From Planctomycetota bacterium (lineage in GTDB: Bacteria > Planctomycetota > Planctomycetia > JALXBF01), in contig JALXBF010000118.1 in assembly GCA_026991575.1 (NCBI GenBank), forward strand, positions 106,289 to 126,288: a DNA stretch of 20,000 nt, in the 5' to 3' direction. Shown piece after piece: positions 7,905 through 14,912 of this stretch; position 1 is the stretch's first letter, and each line of letters opens with the position of its first letter. Under the pieces are notes generated by a model. It worked only from the letters and a program-made list of their open reading frames with translations. It made no database searches and had not been told where the DNA came from. The translations under genes and the position numbers were made by a program.

Positions 7905-8632
7905 CCGAATTCGTCCAGCGTGCGGAGGAACGCCTCGAAGTCAACGTCGCCCTGGCCTAGAGGCACCTCTTCGCCCCACTCCTCGCCCGGCCGTGCAGCC
8001 CACTTGGCATCCTTACAGTGCACGCTGCGCACACGGCTGCCGACCTTCCTCAAAGCCTCAATCGGGTCCCCCGTGCCGTAGAGGATCATGTTGGCTGGAT
8101 CGAAGTTGATGAACAGGTTGTCGCGGCCCACGGCATCCATGAACGCCAGCAGCGTATCGGCGGTCTCCTGTCCGGTCTCCAGATGCAGGTTCTGGCCGTT
8201 GCCTTTCAGATAATCGCAGATTTCCTGGGTCACCGCGACCAACTCCTTGAAGTCCGGGTCGTCGGGGGATTCGGGAATGAAGCCGATGTGAATGCCCAGC
8301 GCGGGCACACCAAGCAGCTTGCCGAAATCTGAGATGCTTTTCAGCTCCGCAACCCGTTCGGCCCTGGTCTCTTTGGGCACCAGGCCCACCGTGCGCCGCA
8401 CGGTCGGGATGTCGGCGTAACTTTCCCCTTCGAACCCGCCAAACATCACCGTGATCGTGATGCCGGCATCGCGACACTCCTTCAAGAACCGCTCGGCTGC
8501 CTCCGGGGTACGGTTCTGGCGGCTGGGCGTGTGCAGGTGAACGGTTGGAATCTTGAGTTCTTTGACCACGTCGAACCGTACGCCAAGGCCGGCGTCAATC
8601 GAGGTAAAGACACCAATCGGCCACTTCTCCAT
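7790..8632 (-). CDS. Sugar phosphate isomerase/epimerase (xylose isomerase-like TIM barrel)
   Basis: Metal ligands in LHLETGQE, NFDPANM, VHCKDA and LTIERE, plus EVPLGQGDVD. ATG 8632 has a G-rich RBS-like run upstream; ATG 8638 is an alternative. Confidence 0.9.
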   Translation of the reverse strand: MEKWPIGVFTSIDAGLGVRFDVVKELKIPTVHLHTPSRQNRTPEAAERFLKECRDAGITITVMFGGFEGESYADIPTVRRTVGLVPKETRAERVAELKSISDFGKLLGVPALGIHIGFIPESPDDPDFKELVAVTQEICDYLKGNGQNLHLETGQETADTLLAFMDAVGRDNLFINFDPANMILYGTGDPIEALRKVGSRVRSVHCKDAKWAARPGEEWGEEVPLGQGDVDFEAFLRTLDEFGYTGPLTIEREIPHDPERQKRDIAAAVRLLESLKAELA

Positions 8633-8784
8633 CGGCATCCCCCTGTCAGTCGGGTTCGTACGGCGTTCCCTTCGGCAAGTAGTCTCGTATCATAGCGGGT
8701 TCGTCGCCTGAGGGCGAGACGGTTGCTGGCCGGGTACAGCTGCGGGCGAGCAAAGTTCCTCAATCGCTGGCTGCGGTTCCGTCG

Positions 8785-9942
8785 ATGATCACAGTGAGTC
8801 CGATACACGGGGACATGACGGTCGGAGGGAGTGCGACGGACGCCGTGGCCACAAGAGCGGGTGGGAACAAGCCGCTGCTGAGCGTTGTGCTGTCTACGAC
8901 CGTCCTGCTGGCTGGGGGCTGCTGGCATTGGCTCGATAAGTTGCCGTCGCGCCGGCCGCCGGCCACGTTCCGACCGGTCCAGAGCCCGGTGCCACGAGCA
9001 ACGCTCGACGGGATGATCCTGCCGGTGACCGGAGACCGGCCGTTCGCTCCGTACGACAACTACCGGTTGCGGCCCGGGGACCAGTTACTCTTCACGCTGA
9101 ACATCCCCACCAGGCCAGTCGCCGACAGCTACCGGATCCGCGTCGGAGATACGCTGCGCGTGGAATACCTCCACGAACCGGCTCAGCAACGGCGGCCGAT
9201 CGAGCTGAGGGTCAAGCCCGATGGCACAATCGATCTGCCACTCATTGGCAACGTGCGTGTGGCCGGCGTCACGGTGGCCCAGGCTCGCCGGCAGATTCTT
9301 GCCCGGGCCCGCCGCTACTGGAAACGGCCGCGGATCGAGCTCACTGTCGTAGACCCGTTCCAGCTCGCTGAAGAGCTGCGCAAGACGTTTTCCGTGGGCA
9401 GCTTTTTCAACCAGTCGCTCACGTTGCCGGTTGGACCGGACGGCCGGATCCAACTGCCTCTGATCGGCCCGGTCAACGCATTCGGTCGCACCCTGCCAGA
9501 GGTGCAGCAGGAGGTCACGGCTCGCTACCGCGAGCAGATCCCGGGCATCGAGGTGGCAGTGCACCTGTCGCAGCGAGCCCCGGATCGGGTGTACGTCATT
9601 GGCGAGGTGCGCAATCCTGGGGTGCTTGAGATCGATCGCCCCACGACCGTCATCCAGGCGATTGCCCAGGCGGGCAGCTTCCTCCCGTCTGCTGAGCTCC
9701 GCGACGTCATCCTGATCCGCGGCTACGCTGAAGGCACACCGCAGGTTGCCGTGCTGAACCTGGACCGGGCGATCGATCGGGAGTGGCGGCGCGGCGACGT
9801 CAATCTCTGGGACGACACCTGGTTACGTGACGGCGACATCATCATCGTGCCCAAGGACCATGTGCAGGATGTCAACGACTTCGTGCGTCGTGTGATCTCC
9901 GAGACTTTCTACGGCGCGTTCCCCGCGACGTTCTGGGACTAG
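8785..9942 (+). CDS. wza: Polysaccharide export outer-membrane protein, Wza/OPX family (Poly_export + SLBB), probable lipoprotein
   Basis: YRLRPGDQL and YRIRVGDTL, two PDGxIxLPLIG motifs, SLBB-type VYVIGEVRNPG...QAIAQAG and LRDGDIIIVP. A hydrophobic stretch ends in lipobox-like LAGGC (Cys codon 8920-8922). Start uncertain (8785, 8815 or 8830). Confidence 0.85.
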   Translation: MITVSPIHGDMTVGGSATDAVATRAGGNKPLLSVVLSTTVLLAGGCWHWLDKLPSRRPPATFRPVQSPVPRATLDGMILPVTGDRPFAPYDNYRLRPGDQLLFTLNIPTRPVADSYRIRVGDTLRVEYLHEPAQQRRPIELRVKPDGTIDLPLIGNVRVAGVTVAQARRQILARARRYWKRPRIELTVVDPFQLAEELRKTFSVGSFFNQSLTLPVGPDGRIQLPLIGPVNAFGRTLPEVQQEVTARYREQIPGIEVAVHLSQRAPDRVYVIGEVRNPGVLEIDRPTTVIQAIAQAGSFLPSAELRDVILIRGYAEGTPQVAVLNLDRAIDREWRRGDVNLWDDTWLRDGDIIIVPKDHVQDVNDFVRRVISETFYGAFPATFWD

Positions 9943-9957
9943 TGAGGAACCGACCAG

Positions 9958-11460
9958 ATGCCGCCACGTGAAGCAGCGCCCAAGACGACGGCCCGTGAGC
10001 TGTTGCGGGTGGTGTTCCTGTATAAGCATCTGGTTGTCGGCGTCGCGGTCCTTTTTGCGGCGGTTGCCGGTCTGGCAGCCTATCTGAGCCCGGACCAGTA
10101 TCAGGCATCGGCCCGCCTCTGGGTCCGCGACGAAACGGCCCTGCTACGGAGCATGGGGGAAAGTCCTCGCGAGCAACACGAGCGGATCCAGGTGGCGGCG
10201 GCCAACTTCCGTGAAGCCATGCTTTCCCGCTCCGTGCTGGCCACCGTGCTCGAGAGGCTTGAAGGAGGGCGGTTTGAGCGGCTGGGCGAGCGGCAGCGCC
10301 AGCGGCTCATCAAACGGCTGCGGCGACGCGTCGGCTTCTCGCTGGCGCGCTCCTCCGAGTTCGGCGCCAGTCAGGTCATCGAGGTCACCGTGCGCGACGA
10401 GCATCCCGAGCGTGCCCGGAGACTGCTCCAGCTGATGCTCGAGGAAGCAGACAGGCTGCTGCAAGAAGTTGGTCGTCGTCGGGCTGAGCAGCTTATGGCC
10501 AAGACGGAGCGGGAGTGGCGGGAAGCGCGCGCTGAGCTGGATAAAGCCGCAGCCAACCTGCACCGGCTCGTCGCAGCACTGGGCGGGGAGCTGCTGGACG
10601 TGCAGGCGATGAGCGGCAGCCCTGTCGGTGACTCCGTCACCCGACACATGCTCAGCCAGGTCCAGCAGCAGCTCGTCGAGCTACAGGCACGTATTCTCCA
10701 GCGCCGCGCCCTGCTGGAACGGATCCGTTCCGGGTCGGTGCCGGACCGGCTATCAGGAGAGCTGGCCGAGTTGCTCGGAGAACGCTTCGACCAACTGGTG
10801 CGTGTTCAGCAGGCCCTGGTGGATGCCCGGGTGCGCGAACGGGTGCTGCAGGCGAGCATGACGGACGCTCACCCGGATCTGCAAGAGGCCCGCGAACGGC
10901 GGGCTCACCTGGAGGAGTTGTACCGTTCGGAACTGGGCAAACTGATCGCTGCCCTCCAGGAGGAGCTGACCGTTCTGGAGGCGACCGCGCAGTCGCTGCA
11001 GAGCGAGCGGAACCGGCTTGCCGAGGAGCTTGCCCGCGTAGCCGGACGGTACCCGGAGTTCCTGGCGCTGCGGACCGAGTACGAAATACGCGCCGATGCG
11101 CTGCGTCAGGCAGCGCTAAAGCGGGAACAGGCCCGCACGCAGCTGGCGATCGCGTCCCAGAATGCCGTGTTCGTGCCACTGGACGCGTTGCACGTTTCGA
11201 ACCGGCCGGTCACGGTCAGTGATACCGCCGCGGCACTGGCGGGAGGTTTGCTGGGCATGATCTGCGGGCTCGGTCTGGCGTTCGTGGCGAACTACTACAG
11301 CCACACGGTGCGCGACGCGGGTGACCTGCGCCGCTGGGGCATCGACGTGCCAGTGCTGGCGAGCGTGCCTGCGGTGGACGACCCGCTGCTGCTCGAGGGG
11401 CGCCGAAAGGTTGCCTCCAGCAGGATGCGCACTGACGGGCGCGGCCGGCAGCACACCTAG
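9958..11460 (+). CDS. Polysaccharide co-polymerase / chain-length determinant (GumC / Wzc N-terminal type)
   Basis: N-terminal TM helix followed by PDQYQASARLWV, IEVTVRDEHPERA, long coiled coils, TDAHPDL, a C-terminal TM and then HTVRDAGDL...VPVLASVP. GAGG RBS-like motif upstream; directly follows wza. Confidence 0.85.
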   Translation: MPPREAAPKTTARELLRVVFLYKHLVVGVAVLFAAVAGLAAYLSPDQYQASARLWVRDETALLRSMGESPREQHERIQVAAANFREAMLSRSVLATVLERLEGGRFERLGERQRQRLIKRLRRRVGFSLARSSEFGASQVIEVTVRDEHPERARRLLQLMLEEADRLLQEVGRRRAEQLMAKTEREWREARAELDKAAANLHRLVAALGGELLDVQAMSGSPVGDSVTRHMLSQVQQQLVELQARILQRRALLERIRSGSVPDRLSGELAELLGERFDQLVRVQQALVDARVRERVLQASMTDAHPDLQEARERRAHLEELYRSELGKLIAALQEELTVLEATAQSLQSERNRLAEELARVAGRYPEFLALRTEYEIRADALRQAALKREQARTQLAIASQNAVFVPLDALHVSNRPVTVSDTAAALAGGLLGMICGLGLAFVANYYSHTVRDAGDLRRWGIDVPVLASVPAVDDPLLLEGRRKVASSRMRTDGRGRQHT

Positions 11461-11534
11461 GCGGCTCTGCTCCCCGGCGGGAAAGCTGGTGACGCAGCCC
11501 GGCAAACGCCCACGTGCAGATGAGGTGCGGGAGT

Positions 11535-12311
11535 ATGGGGCTGTTCCAAACGGTCTTGGAGAAAGCAGGGAGGTGGCACCGGGATGATTCCGGGGCAGGC
11601 GCGGTTATGACCAGTCCGGGAGAAGTGCTCAGCGGCGCCGCCCTACCGCCGATTCCATTTCCCCAACCGGCTGAGCAACTGGACGCTTCCCTGGAGGAAC
11701 TCTGGACTCACCTGTCCGTCAGCGATGATGCGAACACGGCCGCTCAGCGCGGTCCGTATTTCTTCGCGCACTGGCACGAGCCGGCGGGCGCAACCACGCT
11801 GACCTTGTTGCTGGCCGCCAAGGCTTCGACACTCGACCCAGACCTGTCCTTCTGTGTCGTCGACCTCGACTTGCACAAGCGAAGTCTCAGCCGCCTGTTG
11901 GGGCTGGGCCGCTGTGCCGGTGTGAGCGAGATCATCAACCATGATGCCGTGCTCGAAACATGCCTTGTACCAACCCGGTGCGAGAACGTCGTTGTCCTGC
12001 CGGCTGGAACAGGTTGGGGGGGCCGGGCGCGGGTGCTGCGTCGAGAGCACGCCCGGGCGCTGATCCAAATGCTCTGTGAGCAGTTCCAGTACGTGCTGGC
12101 TGACATGCCCGCACTGAAGACCAATCCGGCCTCGCTCGTCTGGGCCTCGGGACGCGGTACAGCCGTGCTGGTGGTTCCCGCAGGCCAGATCAAGTGCGAA
12201 AGCGTTGACCGTGCCTTGGGGGCGCTGCGCCGTTCCAAGGTCAAGATTGCCGGGCTGGTGTTGAACAGGCAGCACTTCCCGTTGCCGCGCTGGCTCTATC
12301 GCTGGACGTGA
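11535..12311 (+). CDS. CpsD/CapB-like BY-kinase-family P-loop protein with degenerate Walker A
   Basis: Walker A' VVDLDL, Walker B YVLADMP, NVVVLPAG and C-terminal GLVLNR..FPLPRWLY. The Walker A position reads EPAGATT. Follows the co-polymerase gene. ATG 11535 follows GGGAG. Confidence 0.78.
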   Translation: MGLFQTVLEKAGRWHRDDSGAGAVMTSPGEVLSGAALPPIPFPQPAEQLDASLEELWTHLSVSDDANTAAQRGPYFFAHWHEPAGATTLTLLLAAKASTLDPDLSFCVVDLDLHKRSLSRLLGLGRCAGVSEIINHDAVLETCLVPTRCENVVVLPAGTGWGGRARVLRREHARALIQMLCEQFQYVLADMPALKTNPASLVWASGRGTAVLVVPAGQIKCESVDRALGALRRSKVKIAGLVLNRQHFPLPRWLYRWT

Positions 12312-12373
12312 TCACTCGTGCTCCCAAGAGGTTGCTTCCCGCTGAAGCGTCGGCGGGCTTGTCGAGGTAAGCG

Positions 12374-13792
12374 ATGGTCGTGCTCCTGGTCCTGGCTGCA
12401 CTTGCCGCGCTGTCCTGGTCGGTCGCGCTAGCAATCCCCTTTAGTGCCTTCGGACCGGGCATGCTCACGTGGCTGGCTGCCTCCGTGTACGGGCCCACCA
12501 CGGTCCGCTGGGAGATCGGCCCCTGGACGCTGTCGCCGGACCGGGCCGTGCTCTTCTGGTTCCTCTTGTTCGTCACCGCCCGATGGTTGCTGGGGCACAG
12601 CCACCCGAGCCAACTGCGCCGCGATCCGGCCGTCTGGGCCGGCCTTGCCTTCGGCGTGCTGGCGGCCCTGCAAGCATTCCTGCTACCCTGGAACCCCACG
12701 GCTCCTGAAGACATGCCGCCGCCCATTCGGCTAGCGTACGTGTCGGTCTTCCCGCTGATCTTGTACGTTGGAGTCGCTGCCGAGCCGACGGGGCGCGGTG
12801 GCGACCGGCGTCTGGCGTTGCTGATCGTCGTCCTGTGGCTGTTCGGCTTGTACCTTGCGGTGACCGCACTGGCAGAGCAGCTTGGCGTGACCTCGGTGAT
12901 CTTTCCCAAACACATCCTCAGGCCCCGTGTGCTCTATCCCGGGCGGCCAGTTGGACCATTCCTGTCGACGCCGCTACTGGGCACCACACTGGTCGTTTGC
13001 ACTGCGGCGACAGTCCTCGTTGCGCTCAGAGGCCGAGGGGTGTTGCGCGGCGCTGCCCTGTGCAGCCTGCCGTTGCTTCTGGCCGCGATCGTGGCTACCG
13101 AGACCCGCTCAGTCTGGATCGGCGCGGTTGCTGTCGCAGGGCTTCTGCTCGTTGCGCTCGCCGGTAGGGACCTTCGCTACGGACTGCTTCTGCTCGGGGG
13201 GGCTGCCGCGGTGCTCGCCGGTGTCTTCGCCGGATCCAGTTTCGTCAATCCGGAGCGCGTCGAGGGATCACAGCTCGTTGAGTACAGCTTCCTGCAGCGG
13301 CTTGCGTTGATGGATGGGGCTGTGACGCTGTTTGTGCAGAAGCCCGTGCTTGGGTGGGGGTTCGGTCAGTTCGAACGCGTGGTGCGGTTGCATGTTGGTG
13401 GCGGCCTGCTCGGGTTCTGGGCCACCGGAGCGGCGGAGGGCTTATCGTCGCACAGCCTGCCGCTCCGCCTGCTGGCCGAGACAGGAGCCGTTGGCACCGG
13501 TCTGTGGCTTTCGATGTGGGCGGTCTGGTGCCGACGTGCGCTGGCGCTGTGGCGCAGCGGTGAGGCGGACAATCGGGCCGCCGGGCTACTATTCCTTGCA
13601 GGCACACTAGCATACTGGTCCGAGACGCTGTTTCACGACACCAGCTTCCTGCCTGCTGGCAATCTCATGATCGCCCTGCTGGCAGCCGTAGTGACCGGAA
13701 GGCTCGCGGCGTCACGTAGTGACGCGATACGGGCGGAGGTGTTCGCTAGCCGTGCCACCGAGCGATTCCGCGTGGGCGTACATCAACGGTGA
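12374..13792 (+). CDS. O-antigen ligase / Wzy polymerase family integral membrane protein
   Basis: About ten or more hydrophobic segments; TETRSVW, SFLQRL, KPVLGWGFGQF, SSHSLPLRLLAETGAVG (equivalent to the H-N..L..LAE.G..G motif). GAGGT RBS at 12364-12368. Confidence 0.85.
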   Translation: MVVLLVLAALAALSWSVALAIPFSAFGPGMLTWLAASVYGPTTVRWEIGPWTLSPDRAVLFWFLLFVTARWLLGHSHPSQLRRDPAVWAGLAFGVLAALQAFLLPWNPTAPEDMPPPIRLAYVSVFPLILYVGVAAEPTGRGGDRRLALLIVVLWLFGLYLAVTALAEQLGVTSVIFPKHILRPRVLYPGRPVGPFLSTPLLGTTLVVCTAATVLVALRGRGVLRGAALCSLPLLLAAIVATETRSVWIGAVAVAGLLLVALAGRDLRYGLLLLGGAAAVLAGVFAGSSFVNPERVEGSQLVEYSFLQRLALMDGAVTLFVQKPVLGWGFGQFERVVRLHVGGGLLGFWATGAAEGLSSHSLPLRLLAETGAVGTGLWLSMWAVWCRRALALWRSGEADNRAAGLLFLAGTLAYWSETLFHDTSFLPAGNLMIALLAAVVTGRLAASRSDAIRAEVFASRATERFRVGVHQR

Positions 13793-14651
13793 GTTCGTTC
13801 CACTGCAACGGGCAGCTCTGCCCGTATTCGATGCTGGCTTTGTTTACGGGGCGACCGTCAGCGACGTGCTGCGCACATTCAACCGACGCTGGTTTCGCTT
13901 CGACGATCACGCCCGTCGTTTCCTGCGCTCCTGCCGCTACGTGGGCATCGAGCTTGCTGTGGACCCTGGCACGCTTCGGTCGATTGCCAATCAGCTGCTA
14001 GTCCGCACCGGAGGCCAGGAGTGCGGACTGGTCATGCTCGCCACGCCAGGCATCGTGCCGCTGTACGCCGGATTGCCCCGCGAGGCGGCGGCGGAGCACG
14101 GACCGAACCTGGTGCTGCACGTCTTTCCGCTGCGGCCAGGGCAGTTCCGCCCGCTGTACGAACGCGGCGTGCACGCCGTCGTAGCTGCCAATCGCCAGGT
14201 CCCGGTCGACTGCTGGGACCCGAAGGCTAAGTGCCGTAGCCGACTGCACTGGTGGCTGGCCCAGCGGCAGGTCCAGTCACTCGATCCGGAGGCAGTCCCG
14301 ATTCTCTTGGACCATCACGGCAACTTGACCGAAAGCGCTACCGCGAATGTGGTCGTCGTCATCGACGGCAGGATCTATTCGGTGCCGCCAGACCGCATCC
14401 TCTGGGGGATCAGCCTGCAGACCCTGCAGGAACTGTGTCAGGCACACGGCATTCCCTTCGATACGAGGCCGCTACAAGCGTACCATGCTGCTATTGCCGA
14501 TGAAATCATCCTAACCAACTCGCTTTACTCGCTTGCGCCAGTAACCCGTTTCAACGGGCGGCCAGTGGCCACCGGGAAGCCGGGCCCGGTGTTTCGGCGG
14601 CTGTATCAGGCCTGGTCTGGACTGGTTGGCCGCGAGCTGGCCGAAGCATAG
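13752..14651 (+). CDS. Aminotransferase class IV (PLP fold type IV; branched-chain/D-amino acid aminotransferase or ADC lyase-like)
   Basis: AYINGEFVP, DAGFVYG, LRTF, HARRF, KCRSRLH (PLP lysine), TESATAN, ILWGISL, ADEIILTNS and GKPGPVF. GTG 13752 follows GGAGGT (13735-13740); track start 13719 is an alternative. Confidence 0.88.
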   Translation: MPPSDSAWAYINGEFVPLQRAALPVFDAGFVYGATVSDVLRTFNRRWFRFDDHARRFLRSCRYVGIELAVDPGTLRSIANQLLVRTGGQECGLVMLATPGIVPLYAGLPREAAAEHGPNLVLHVFPLRPGQFRPLYERGVHAVVAANRQVPVDCWDPKAKCRSRLHWWLAQRQVQSLDPEAVPILLDHHGNLTESATANVVVVIDGRIYSVPPDRILWGISLQTLQELCQAHGIPFDTRPLQAYHAAIADEIILTNSLYSLAPVTRFNGRPVATGKPGPVFRRLYQAWSGLVGRELAEA

Positions 14652-14763
14652 TTGCTTCCCTATGACCTCACGTTCCGCGTGTCTCGCATCCGTTGCAGCC
14701 ACCGGTCGCGGGGCCCGGGCCCGAGGGGGGACGTCGTGCGGGGGACGGGCGCCGCGGACGCGG

Positions 14764-14772
14764 TGGTAAAAT
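14764..14772 (+). promoter_or_regulatory. Possible extended -10 sigma70-type promoter element (TGgTAAAAT) for the aminopeptidase gene
   Basis: A TGn-TAAAAT match forms the most AT-rich patch of a GC-rich intergenic region about 140 nt upstream of ATG 14913. No clear -35. Confidence 0.35.
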
Positions 14773-14912
14773 AGGCAACTGTGGTGGGCTGGGGTGTGCT
14801 TGCCCATGTCACGCTCACCGTACCGCTTGACCCGCCCGCTTGCAGCCGCCCATGCGCTTCCGGGTCTGTCCAGAGGCCGGATCGATTAAGAAGGCACCGT
14901 GAGGTCGAAATT

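Noticed and set aside
12308..12370. 20-codon mini-ORF (GTGA overlap with the kinase-like stop), in frame with the wzy-like gene and ending in TAA just before its ATG
   Set aside because: The wzy-like gene has its own GAGGT RBS and ATG at 12374, so readthrough is not needed. The peptide has no notable features.
14781..14912. Extended N-terminus of the aminopeptidase from the track start at 14781
   Set aside because: ATG 14913 has a good RBS and places the signal peptide at the N-terminus.
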